Notes under the pieces: generated by a model
Databases searched by the model: none
Seen by the model: only the letters and a program-made list of their open reading frames with translations
Told to the model about the DNA's origin: nothing
Shown: positions 7,484 through 16,043 of the stretch, in pieces
How the letters are laid out: each line of letters begins with the position of its first letter
How positions within the stretch are numbered: the first letter of the stretch is position 1
Source: Eggerthellaceae bacterium
GTDB taxonomy: Bacteria; Actinomycetota; Coriobacteriia; Coriobacteriales; Eggerthellaceae
Length of the DNA: 50,868 nt
Reading direction: 5' to 3'
NCBI GenBank assembly: GCA_045545435.1
Contig: JAZQAV010000099.1
Location: forward strand, 1 to 50,868
Position numbers and translations under genes: made by a program

Positions 7484-8290
7484 ATGAACCGTGCGGCTGC
7501 GCACAAGCACGCGAACGCAAAAAAGCCCCCTGAAGATCTTACCGTGCACCAGGTTGCTCGGTTGGCAGGGGTAAGCGTTAGGACGCTGCAGTATTACGAC
7601 AATATAGGTCTTTTGTCGCCCTCGACGCGTACCGATGCCGGCTATCGATTGTACGCGGCGCAAGATTTGGCGCAGCTGCAGCAGATAATGCTTTTTCGCG
7701 AGCTCGAGTTTCCGCTTAAAGAGATAAAGGCAATAATCGAAAGCCCGCGTTTTAACAAGCAACAGGCACTCGAGCAGCAGGTTGAACTGCTGAAACTCAA
7801 GCGCGACCGGTTGGATGGGCTTATCGCGTTTGCTGAGCGAACGATTGAAGAAATTGATGGCGATACGGGAAAGGAAGGCGCCATGGGCAATGATTTCCGT
7901 GCGTTTGATAACGCGCAATTGGACGAATACAAACAGAAGGCCCGAGAGGCGTGGGGCGCAACGGATGAGTGGCGCGAATACGAAGCGCGAAGCGAAGGTC
8001 GCACGGCCAAGGACGATGCCCTGTTGGGTGCTCGTATGATGGATTTGTTTATTCCGTTCGGGGAAATGGCGACCGCTGGAGTTGACCCAACGGCCCCTGA
8101 GGCGCAGGAACAAGCACGCGTTGTTCAGCGCTTCATCAGCGAAAATTTTTACCAGTGCAGTAACGAGGTGTTTGCGCAGTTGGGCAAGGCATATGGGGCG
8201 GGGGGAGCGTTTACCCAAAACATCAACGCGGCAGCCGGTGCGGGTGCGGCAGAATATGCCGCTCGTGCAATTGCCGCGTATTGTGGCTAA
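7484..8290 (+). CDS. MerR family transcriptional regulator with C-terminal TipAS antibiotic-recognition domain (TipAL-like)
   Basis: The N-terminal HTH reads LTVHQVARLAGVSVRTLQYYDNIGLLSPSTRTDAGYRLY. A coiled-coil linker follows, then a TipAS-like C-terminal region of about 140 aa. RBS is GGAGAAAGGGAG. Confidence 0.85.
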   Translation: MNRAAAHKHANAKKPPEDLTVHQVARLAGVSVRTLQYYDNIGLLSPSTRTDAGYRLYAAQDLAQLQQIMLFRELEFPLKEIKAIIESPRFNKQQALEQQVELLKLKRDRLDGLIAFAERTIEEIDGDTGKEGAMGNDFRAFDNAQLDEYKQKAREAWGATDEWREYEARSEGRTAKDDALLGARMMDLFIPFGEMATAGVDPTAPEAQEQARVVQRFISENFYQCSNEVFAQLGKAYGAGGAFTQNINAAAGAGAAEYAARAIAAYCG

Positions 8291-8390
8291 CGCGCGCGAC
8301 GGAGCAAGATCGCCGCGTATTTTGCTTGATGCTCGCGACGGAGCGAAAGCACCGCGTATTGTGGCTAACGCGCGCGATAGAACAATGTTG
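8274..8390. repeat. three tandem copies of a 39-bp unit (CCGCGTATTGTGGCTAACGCGCGCGACGGAGC...) overlapping the 3' end of the MerR/TipA gene
   Basis: Units start at 8274, 8313 and 8352, an exact 39-nt period. Copies 1 and 3 are near-identical over 26 nt and copy 2 has diverged. Copy 1 contains the last 5 codons and the stop of the gene. Confidence 0.8.
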
Positions 8391-8462
8391 TGTGCAGCGA
8401 TTGGAAGTTGCTTGTGATTAATTAGCTGCAAAGCACTCAGGGTTGCTTCAATCTGTTACGCT

Positions 8463-8503
8463 AAAGTCTGGCTCGCATTTCGGCGATGCCAGACTTTTCT
8501 TTT
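8463..8503 (+). terminator. intrinsic terminator downstream of the MerR/TipA gene
   Basis: Stem AAAGTCTGGC (8463-8472) pairs with GCCAGACTTT (8488-8497) and is followed by TTTCTTTTG. Confidence 0.65.
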
Positions 8504-8558
8504 GCAAAAACGAAAGAGCCAACGAGAAGCAAGGGTGTCTTGCTTTTCGTTTTTTGCG
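8504..8558 (+). terminator. second long imperfect stem-loop (possible bidirectional terminator or leader structure for the MFS gene)
   Basis: GCAAAAACGAAAG ... GAAGCAAG-ggtgt-CTTGCTT ... TTCGTTTTTTGC. An A-run lies on the 5' side and a T-run on the 3' side. It sits ~50 nt upstream of ATG 8606. Confidence 0.35.
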
Positions 8559-8605
8559 TTTGCACTGCGGTATTGTAGGTTTGAAGAAACGGGGAGAGAA
8601 ACGGT

Positions 8606-9877
8606 ATGGGTACGCAACAAAAAAGCAGTTCAAACATGAGGCACTGGGCGGTTTTGGTTGGCTGCTGTTTGCTCATTGGCATATCGTTTGCCTTCCCCAT
8701 GCTTTGCTTCAGCGTCTTTATTTCGCCTATGGTTGCGACGTTCCAATGCAGCGTTACCGAGGTGAGCATTTACTTCACGTTCGTTGCGTTTTCGGCGATT
8801 TTCTCGAGTTTGCTTGGTTCGCGCATCCTTGGTCGGTCTGTTCAGGGGACGGTGCTTATTGCCTCGATAGCCATGGGGGCAACCCTTATTGCGCTTGCAT
8901 TGCTGCCGTCTGTTCCTATGGTGTGGGTTGCTGGCATTGTTGTTGGCCTGTGCTTTCCGTTGTGCACGACCGTGCTGGTTCCCATTGCAATAAACAGCTG
9001 GTTTGCGGTTAAGCAAGGCACCATCACCGGTATTGCTTTTGCTATGGTGGGCGTTTTCGGCATGGTGCTCAGCCCCACGTTTACGGCCCTCATTGGCTCG
9101 TTCGGGTGGCAAACGGCTTTGGTGATCGGCGGCCTGCTGGTTGCCGTTGTTCCTTCGCTGGTGGCCATATTCTTGCTGCGTCAGAGTCCTGCTGCAGTAG
9201 GGCTTTTGCCGTATGGGGCAAGCGAAGCAGCCGATGCGACGGCTGCCGAAGGTGCTTCAGCTCCTTCGGCTGGCAATACGGCTTCGTTTGTGGCAACCGC
9301 TGCATTCGCGCTGTGCTCGGTTGTTATGATCTTCGGTGGCTTCTTCGGAGATTTCAACTCGCAGCTGAACACCATTGCCCAAAAGGCCGGTTTCGATCCC
9401 GTGGTGGCCGGACTGGGTCTTTCGTTCGCTTCAGCGGGTCTTATGATCGGTAAAATCCTCATGGGCCTGGTAAAAGACAAGAAAGGCTCAGCGTTCGCGA
9501 TTTCTTTGGGATGCGGTTTCGGCGTTTTGGCATTCTCGTCGGTTGCGGCGGGAGTTGCGACGCTCAATGTTATCTTGCTGTATGTCGGCTGCTTCCTGTC
9601 GGGCTTCTGCACCTGCTTGGGAACGCTGGGGCCGGCCCTGTTGGCTTCGGAGGCGTTTGCGCCGCAGCATTACGCGAAAGCGGTTTCGCATCTTTCGGCA
9701 GTATGCAGCTTGGGCATGGGCGCTGGCATTCCTTGCTACACGCTTACCTACGACCTTACCGGCTCGTATCTGCCTATTTTGATGGTGTGCATCGCGGTTC
9801 CCGTTTTGGTGACGGTATGCTCGATTGCGGCTATCAGGGCGGGCATGAAAATCCAAAAAGCTGCAGCCGTTCAGTAG
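8606..9877 (+). CDS. MFS transporter (oxalate/formate antiporter-like, OFA family)
   Basis: 423 aa with ~12 predicted TM segments. The N-terminus RHWAVLVGCCLLIGISFAF...VSIYFTFVAFSAI is typical of OFA/MCT-type MFS proteins. RBS is GGGGAGAG. Confidence 0.8.
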   Translation: MGTQQKSSSNMRHWAVLVGCCLLIGISFAFPMLCFSVFISPMVATFQCSVTEVSIYFTFVAFSAIFSSLLGSRILGRSVQGTVLIASIAMGATLIALALLPSVPMVWVAGIVVGLCFPLCTTVLVPIAINSWFAVKQGTITGIAFAMVGVFGMVLSPTFTALIGSFGWQTALVIGGLLVAVVPSLVAIFLLRQSPAAVGLLPYGASEAADATAAEGASAPSAGNTASFVATAAFALCSVVMIFGGFFGDFNSQLNTIAQKAGFDPVVAGLGLSFASAGLMIGKILMGLVKDKKGSAFAISLGCGFGVLAFSSVAAGVATLNVILLYVGCFLSGFCTCLGTLGPALLASEAFAPQHYAKAVSHLSAVCSLGMGAGIPCYTLTYDLTGSYLPILMVCIAVPVLVTVCSIAAIRAGMKIQKAAAVQ

Positions 9878-9949
9878 CGTTACGAAGCAACCTGCAGCTA
9901 CATTCGAGGCGCTGGATTCGCGAAAAGCGCCAAACACGACCTCAATGAA

Positions 9950-9993
9950 CAGCCCCTTTGCGCATTGCGTGCAAAGGGGCTGTCTGTATATTT
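9950..9993 (+). terminator. intrinsic terminator
   Basis: A perfect 12-bp stem, CAGCCCCTTTGC (9950-9961) with GCAAAGGGGCTG (9971-9982), is followed by TCTGTATATTT. Confidence 0.7.
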
Positions 9994-10078
9994 ACTGCTG
10001 GTGTATTTGGTTGTAGGCCCTGTTAAGGCTGCTTGATTAACGCCACCTGCGCCTGTCGAGATAGTTGCGGCTGTTCAT

Positions 10079-10687
10079 TTAGCGATGATGGTGCTCGCCG
10101 GAATGGCTGCCCGGGTGCTCGCCTGGTCTGCCGTTTGGCCGTCCGCCGCTGGGGCGTCCTTCGCCCTGTTGGTCGCGGCGGAATGCTGCTCGCTGAGGAT
10201 TGTCGTGCGCATCGTGGCGCGGGCGTTCGTGCGTAAACGAACTGTCGCGTTCGTCCCGATACTGTTCGGTGGCGCTGTTCGCTTTCTTGGTGAGCACGTC
10301 AAAGAAGCTCGGCTGCTCCTTGGTGTCATCGGTGTGCGTTCGGAGGTGGGGCGGTGCGGGGTGGCCATCGGGTGGCCTGCGGAAACCTTCAGGGCTGGCT
10401 GGCGGCTCGTTTTCTGATTCGTTGGTCGCAAATGCTCCCGCAACGCCTTTCCCGGCAGCATATGCGGTTACGGCGCCAGCAACACCGTTTATTATCTGGC
10501 TGATGTGCTCGTTTTTGGCTTCTTCCGCGGCCTCAGCTGTTTCGCGTTGATACCCAAGTTCCTCTTGCGCCTCGATCCGCGCCTGCTCGGTTTGCACCGC
10601 GCTTCCCAAGTTTCCGCCGCACAGCGGACACTTCAGGTTTTCATCTGCCTCAACGTACGACCCGCAATACTCGCAAACCACCTTCAT
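10079..10687 (-). CDS. zinc-ribbon domain protein with long disordered, His/Arg/Gly-rich C-terminal tail
   Basis: The N-terminus MKVVCEYCGSYVEADENLKCPLCGG has two CxxC pairs. The rest is low complexity and ends in GEHPGSHSGEHHHR. Confidence 0.6.
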   Translation of the reverse strand: MKVVCEYCGSYVEADENLKCPLCGGNLGSAVQTEQARIEAQEELGYQRETAEAAEEAKNEHISQIINGVAGAVTAYAAGKGVAGAFATNESENEPPASPEGFRRPPDGHPAPPHLRTHTDDTKEQPSFFDVLTKKANSATEQYRDERDSSFTHERPRHDAHDNPQRAAFRRDQQGEGRPSGGRPNGRPGEHPGSHSGEHHHR

Positions 10688-10854
10688 GGTGCACCCCTTT
10701 TGCTAACTCTTGTGCGTTGTTATGCGCATATGCGACTTTGAGCCGTTGCATTAAGCCGCACAACGTGTACTGGCTTTACTGTACGGATAAAACCTTAAAA
10801 CCAGCTGAAGGTGCTGCCTCGTCTTTTGCAAAAGAAGCTGCAGGGTGTAGTTCG

Positions 10855-11775
10855 TTAACCCTCGGCGCGTTCGAGGAATTTCATGAGCGCACTCCACTCG
10901 CGTTTAATTTGCGCGCGTCCGCTTTCGTAGTTGCGATACAGCTCGTTGAAATCGCGCTCGGTTCCAGAAAGCGTGAGTTCGTCGCAGTAAAACACGTACG
11001 CTTTGCCATTGCGCTCCAAGGCATCAAGATGGTTGCACGCTTCGTTGTAGCGCGCGGTACGTGTGAGCACCGCGTCGCGCATGGCGGGGTGACGCCAGAA
11101 GAACGTTTTGGCCCAGCTGCTGCTGTCCGTTTTACGGTAGCCGCGCTTGCGGGTGCGTACTACGAATATCTTCTCGAAGCCATCGGCAAGGATGCGCTCC
11201 AATGGCAAACCGCCGCCAACCGCAAAACCGCCGTCGTAGCAGTACTGGCCGTTGATCTTTGGTGGCGGCATGAATATGGGAATGGTGGAGCTTGCCCGCA
11301 CACGAATCATCAGGTCTTCTAGCGTGGCCATGTCTTCTTTTTGGAAGAACACATCGCGTCCGGTGTCGCGCTCGAAGGCGGGGATGGTCACCTTGGCAGG
11401 GTTTGCCTTGAACGTTTCGAAGTCGAAAGGCATGGCGCCTTGCGGCATGCCTGCCTCTTGGTAGATATAGTGCGCGTTGAACAGGCCTTTGTGCGCAAGA
11501 AACGTTTTCCAGTCGCCGATGTTGCTCATGTTCACGAACTCGGTGAACGAGGCAACCGTGCGCCATATGTCGCGCGACACGTAGTTGGCGGTGTTGGAGC
11601 TGCCTGCGCTCACACCGTATACATTATCGAAATATATGCCCTGCTCAAGCAACTCTGCAGCGACAGCGCAGGTGTAAGCAGCGCGCATGCTGCCACCTTC
11701 AAAAAGAAGGGCGGTTTTGAACACGTTGCTTTCAAGAGCGGAGGTCGGGGTGTTTCTTTTGTCTTGTGTGGCCAT
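10855..11775 (-). CDS. patatin-like phospholipase family protein
   Basis: An oxyanion motif FEGGSMRAAY and the nucleophile elbow GVSAGS are present, with a later D-G(G) motif in YCYDGGF. The track ORF begins at TTG 11808. I prefer ATG 11775 (MATQDKRN...). Confidence 0.8.
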   Translation of the reverse strand: MATQDKRNTPTSALESNVFKTALLFEGGSMRAAYTCAVAAELLEQGIYFDNVYGVSAGSSNTANYVSRDIWRTVASFTEFVNMSNIGDWKTFLAHKGLFNAHYIYQEAGMPQGAMPFDFETFKANPAKVTIPAFERDTGRDVFFQKEDMATLEDLMIRVRASSTIPIFMPPPKINGQYCYDGGFAVGGGLPLERILADGFEKIFVVRTRKRGYRKTDSSSWAKTFFWRHPAMRDAVLTRTARYNEACNHLDALERNGKAYVFYCDELTLSGTERDFNELYRNYESGRAQIKREWSALMKFLERAEG

Positions 11776-11948
11776 GTTTTGATCCCGCTGGTTTGTTGGT
11801 CTTAGCAAGCAATTATATGCTGTTTGAGCATCGGTGACGTCGATGTTGTTCGGGTGAAACTTTGCATTTTGATAGCGGCAGCACGTCGTGTTGCGTCGTT
11901 GTGCTAGCCTATTTTAATCCTATTTCGTCGGTTTTCTGGAGTGCAACA

Positions 11949-14588
11949 ATGCGCGCAATCAAATTTTTCCTCGCCATTCTTTTCGCAGCATGCGCTATGG
12001 TCGCTTTGCCAACGATTGCTTTTGCCGAAGAATCGGGTCAGCCTGGGTCTTCCAGCTTGCTCTCAAACGAGTTGAATTTGAATGAGTCGGCTGGCCGCCT
12101 TGCGGCGTCTTCCAACGGCACCGATGGCTCAACTGCCTCGAATGGCGAAGGCCTTTCGGAGGGAACGCGCAGCGATGGCGAAGATACCTTGCGCGGCGAA
12201 GCAGATGGGACCAAAGGCGACCAGGGCGAAAACATGCCCGCGGAGCAAAGCGATCAAAATGGCTTTGGCACGGCCCAGGATGATGAAGACCTTGTTTCTC
12301 CTGGGAAAACCGACCAACCTGCGCAAGGCGCAAACGCTCCTTTGGCAGCGTTAGAGAGTAGCGCAAACGCATCAAATGCGTCCGAATCTTCTGAGGATGA
12401 TTCTGATGCCCAGCAGGACGGAAACGGAAGCGGTCCAAGTGTGCTGTATCGGACGCATGTGCAAAATGTTGGCACCCAGGAATGGCAACAAGATGGGTCA
12501 ACTGCGGGCACCGAAGGCTTTGGGCTTCGCCTTGAATCAATCGAGGTCGAACTGGAGAGCGATCTCGAGGGGATTCTTTGGGGCCAGGCTCATGTCGAGA
12601 ACATTGGCTGGCAACGATTGCAGGGCGCGTCCTCCGATGGGGCCACGATAAAGCTGGGCACCGAAGGCCAGGCGCTGCGCATGGAGGCGGTGCGCTTCAG
12701 CCTTTCCGGAGATTTGTCGCGCTATTACGACATCACCTATCGCGTTCACGTTGAGAACCTGGGATGGCAGTCGTGGGTTCTTGGCGGTGACATTGCAGGC
12801 ACGCTGCGCCAGGCATTGCGTCTTGAGGCAATTGAAATGAAGCTGGTGGAGAAAGACCCTTCAGCTGGTGATTCTGCATCGGATGGCGCTCCGGCTTTGG
12901 TTTATGCCGCCCATGTCGAAAACCTTGGCTGGCAACCCCAGCAACTCTCAGGGGAAACAGCCGGAACCACGGGCCAGTCGCTGCGTGTCGAAGCGCTTCG
13001 CGTTTGGTTGGACGATGCCTCGTATACCGGCGATGTCGAATACGAGCTTCACGTGGAGAACGTAGGCTGGCAGGGCAGCGTTAAAAACGGCGCCGTTGCG
13101 GGTACCACGGGAGAAGGTTTGCGCGCCGAAGCGTTGCGCATACTGCTCTCAGGCGATATCGCTGCTGTCTACGATATTGCCTATCGCGCTCACGTCCAAG
13201 ATATTGGCTGGCAGCCTTGGGCGGTAAATGGTGGCATTGCGGGAACCACGGGACGCGCATTGCGCGTTGAGGCCATCCAAATAAAGCTTGTTCGCAAGGG
13301 CAACTACGCCATTGCGGAGGGCACCTACGAAATCACCCCATCGCAGGACGCTGCTTTTGCTGTTGACGATCCCAATTTTGCAACAGCGCTCGAAACTCAA
13401 ATGCAGATAGCAACACGCAATTTGGGCCAAGCGCAAAAGTTCTACATTAGGCAAGAGTCGCAAGACACCTATTCGATTCAGGTTGTGGCGTCGGGTTTGT
13501 TCTTGGCCGATAAGGCGGGCAAGGTGGCGCAGGTTGCGGATTCTTCAAGCGACGATTCTCAGCGCTGGACGATGCTTTGGGATGGCGGAGTTGTTCTGGT
13601 CAACCTTGCCTCGGGCAACGTAATCGCGTTGGGGGATGCGGGGCTTTATGCGGGCGCCAAACTGCTGGTTTCCCCGGAAGCGTCCTCGAATAATCAGCGG
13701 TGGGTTTTAAGCCAGACGCAATTGATTACAAACGGCTACTACGAGATTCAGTCTCGCAATGGCACCTATGTTGATGTCAGCTGGGCTTCATACGCTAAGG
13801 GAGCCAACGTTCAGGCGTATTCGCACAACGGCAGTGCGGCTCAAAACTTCCATATATACCTTCACGATGGCGCATATGTGATTGAGAACAACAGATCGTT
13901 CATGGTGCTCGACGTTGATGGCGCAAGTACTTCAAATGGAGCGAACGTCATGCAGCATCCGTGGAATGGCGGAGGAAATCAGCGCTGGATTGCCTCAATC
14001 GATCGCGAAGGCTACCTGTCTTTTGAAAGCGTGAATTCGGGCAAGGTGCTTGCTATTAGCGGCAATTCCTCTGAGGCTGGGGCCAATGTCTGTCAGTATG
14101 AATCTACGGGCGAGCACGGACAACAGTGGAAGGTGGTGCCCGTTAGCCGTTATACCTTATCGGGCGACGAACAGCTCGACCGCTATGTTGCAAGTGTTTT
14201 GAGCACGCATGACACCCTGTGGTCGGCTTTCAATTGGGTTGTGAACCACTCCTATCGCGATGGCGAACGCTACTGGTCGGGTCCGCGTGTTCTGTCCGAC
14301 TCTCACACCGCCTGGCTTGCAAAAGATTTCTTTGCGTGGGGAAGCGGTAACTGCTATCAGTTTGCCGCAGCGTTCAATTGGCTCGCGCGCGGTTTGGGAT
14401 ACAGCTGCAACGTGATTTCCGGATGGGTTGTTGGCTATGCAACCCCTCAGGCGCCGCATGGTTGGGTGGAAGTTTACGATAACGGCGGCGTGTACGTATG
14501 CGATCCGGAATTGCAGTACCAAACACCTTCCCGTAACTGGTTTTGGCAAACCTATGACAGTGCGCCAACGGCATACTACAACTGGTAA
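11949..14588 (+). CDS. secreted multidomain surface protein: signal peptide, acidic Ser/Gly/Asp linker, six ChW repeats, two ricin-type beta-trefoil lectin domains, C-terminal transglutaminase-like cysteine peptidase core
   Basis: The signal peptide is MRAIKFFLAILFAACAMVALPTIAFA, with a GGAG RBS before ATG 11949. There are six YxxHVxNxGWQ...GTxGxxLRxEA units. Six QxW/F motifs are present (QKF, QRW, QRW, QNF, QRW, QQW). The C-terminus has GSGNCYQFA ... PHGWVEVY ... VCDPE, a Cys-His-Asp arrangement. Confidence 0.85.
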   Translation: MRAIKFFLAILFAACAMVALPTIAFAEESGQPGSSSLLSNELNLNESAGRLAASSNGTDGSTASNGEGLSEGTRSDGEDTLRGEADGTKGDQGENMPAEQSDQNGFGTAQDDEDLVSPGKTDQPAQGANAPLAALESSANASNASESSEDDSDAQQDGNGSGPSVLYRTHVQNVGTQEWQQDGSTAGTEGFGLRLESIEVELESDLEGILWGQAHVENIGWQRLQGASSDGATIKLGTEGQALRMEAVRFSLSGDLSRYYDITYRVHVENLGWQSWVLGGDIAGTLRQALRLEAIEMKLVEKDPSAGDSASDGAPALVYAAHVENLGWQPQQLSGETAGTTGQSLRVEALRVWLDDASYTGDVEYELHVENVGWQGSVKNGAVAGTTGEGLRAEALRILLSGDIAAVYDIAYRAHVQDIGWQPWAVNGGIAGTTGRALRVEAIQIKLVRKGNYAIAEGTYEITPSQDAAFAVDDPNFATALETQMQIATRNLGQAQKFYIRQESQDTYSIQVVASGLFLADKAGKVAQVADSSSDDSQRWTMLWDGGVVLVNLASGNVIALGDAGLYAGAKLLVSPEASSNNQRWVLSQTQLITNGYYEIQSRNGTYVDVSWASYAKGANVQAYSHNGSAAQNFHIYLHDGAYVIENNRSFMVLDVDGASTSNGANVMQHPWNGGGNQRWIASIDREGYLSFESVNSGKVLAISGNSSEAGANVCQYESTGEHGQQWKVVPVSRYTLSGDEQLDRYVASVLSTHDTLWSAFNWVVNHSYRDGERYWSGPRVLSDSHTAWLAKDFFAWGSGNCYQFAAAFNWLARGLGYSCNVISGWVVGYATPQAPHGWVEVYDNGGVYVCDPELQYQTPSRNWFWQTYDSAPTAYYNW
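12444..13292 (+). repeat. six tandem ChW (clostridial hydrophobic, conserved W) repeat units inside the surface-protein CDS
   Basis: Units of ~45-50 aa begin at YRTHVQNVGTQEWQ, GQAHVENIGWQ, YRVHVENLGWQ, YAAHVENLGWQ, YELHVENVGWQ and YRAHVQDIGWQ. Confidence 0.8.
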
Positions 14589-14614
14589 GACATTTTTTGC
14601 GTAAAGGCTGACAG

Positions 14615-16027
14615 GTGGTTTTTAGCTCGCTTGCGTTCATATGCGTATTCTTGCCCGTGGTGTTCTTACTGCACCAGGTTATCCCCGGATTCGCGGGCAA
14701 AAATGCACTGCTGATAGTTGCAAGCTTGCTGTTCTACGCGTACGGCGAACCGGTATTCGTGTGCCTGATGGCGCTTTCGACGCTGTTCAATTGGGCTTTT
14801 GGATTAGCGGTTGGGAAAACGGGCCCGCATCGTTCGCAAAAGATATGGCTTGCCCTGGCGATAGCGGTTAACCTTGCGTTTTTGGGCGTGTTCAAATACG
14901 CGGGCATGGCGGTGCAAAGCCTGAACGCGGTAGCGGGGCTCGCGCTTCCGGTCCCTGCTATTTCGTTGCCTATCGGCATATCGTTTTATACGTTTCAGGC
15001 AATGAGCTACGTCATTGACGTGTACCGCGGGGATGTAGCCGCTCAAAGAAGCTACCCGACGGTGCTTCTGTACATTTCGTTTTTCCCGCAGCTTATTGCC
15101 GGGCCCATTGTGAAATACCACGACATAGCGCATCAACTCACCGAGCGGCATGCAACCATCGGCGATATTGCGGCTGGTTTCAGGCGCTTTTGCATCGGTC
15201 TTGCAAAAAAAGTGCTCATCGCAAACACGATGGCGGTTGCTGTGGACAGCATTTACGCTGCGCAGCTTGATCATATCAATATCGCCGTTGCGTGGATTGC
15301 GGCGCTGGCGTACTTGATGCAGATATATTTTGACTTCAGTGGTTATTCCGACATGGCTATTGGTATGGCCCGTATGTTCGGATTTACCTATCAGGAAAAC
15401 TTTAAGTACCCCTACACCGCGCCCACCGTTAAAACGTTTTGGCGACGCTGGCACATATCGCTGTCAACATGGTTTAGCCAGTATGTGTACATCCCCTTGG
15501 GCGGCAATCGCAAGGGCCGTCCGCGTACGGTGCTCAACAAGCTCGTGGTCTTTTTCCTGTGCGGACTGTGGCATGGCGCCAGCTGGACGTTTGTTGTCTG
15601 GGGCTTAATTCACGGCTTCTTCTTGCTGCTTGAAGAGTATTTGCCCATTCGCAAGTTACCGAAGCCGTTGGGTATTGTGTATACGCTGCTTGTGGTTGCT
15701 ACTGCGTTCGTGCTTTTCCGAGCCGAGAGCTTCCAGCAAGGCGGCGTCATAATTTCTCAGATGTTTGTTGGGTGGCATTTTGAATATGCCTGCGTGGAAC
15801 TCACTTTCAGGCAGCTTACACCGTTGTTCATTGTTGCCTTCGCTGTTGCGGTGCTTGCCGCTACGCCTGTGAAGGGATTGCTTATAAAAAGAGTGGCGGC
15901 AATGCCTGCTTCCACAGGTCGCGTTGTTGAGTCGCTCAGCTATGTGTTTGCGCTTGCGTTGCTGGTAATTAGCATGCTCGCGCTTTCTGGCGGCGGTTAC
16001 AACCCGTTCATCTATTTCAGATTTTAG
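14615..16027 (+). CDS. MBOAT family O-acyltransferase (AlgI/DltB/PatA-like)
   Basis: The N-terminus MVFSSLAFICVFLPVVFLL is typical. Further motifs are SFYTFQAMSYVIDVYRG, FPQLIAGPIV, FWRRWHISLSTWF..YVYIPLGGNR and LWHGASW..VVWGLIHG, which includes the conserved His. Confidence 0.9.
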   Translation: MVFSSLAFICVFLPVVFLLHQVIPGFAGKNALLIVASLLFYAYGEPVFVCLMALSTLFNWAFGLAVGKTGPHRSQKIWLALAIAVNLAFLGVFKYAGMAVQSLNAVAGLALPVPAISLPIGISFYTFQAMSYVIDVYRGDVAAQRSYPTVLLYISFFPQLIAGPIVKYHDIAHQLTERHATIGDIAAGFRRFCIGLAKKVLIANTMAVAVDSIYAAQLDHINIAVAWIAALAYLMQIYFDFSGYSDMAIGMARMFGFTYQENFKYPYTAPTVKTFWRRWHISLSTWFSQYVYIPLGGNRKGRPRTVLNKLVVFFLCGLWHGASWTFVVWGLIHGFFLLLEEYLPIRKLPKPLGIVYTLLVVATAFVLFRAESFQQGGVIISQMFVGWHFEYACVELTFRQLTPLFIVAFAVAVLAATPVKGLLIKRVAAMPASTGRVVESLSYVFALALLVISMLALSGGGYNPFIYFRF

Positions 16028-16043
16028 GGAGCGGGGAGTAGAA

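Noticed and set aside
7283-8431. A 382-aa minus-strand ORF covering the whole MerR/TipA gene and the 39-nt repeats
   Set aside because: It is antisense to a gene with clear MerR HTH and TipAS motifs. It is Arg/Leu/Ser-rich with no motif. Its repeated ALATIRG/APSRA peptides are just the translated tandem repeat. This is a typical high-GC shadow ORF.
10855-11775. The patatin-like lipase as a CBASS (CapV-type) defence effector
   Set aside because: No CD-NTase/cyclase, E1/E2/JAB or other CBASS component lies adjacent. The neighbours are a zinc-ribbon protein and a surface protein.
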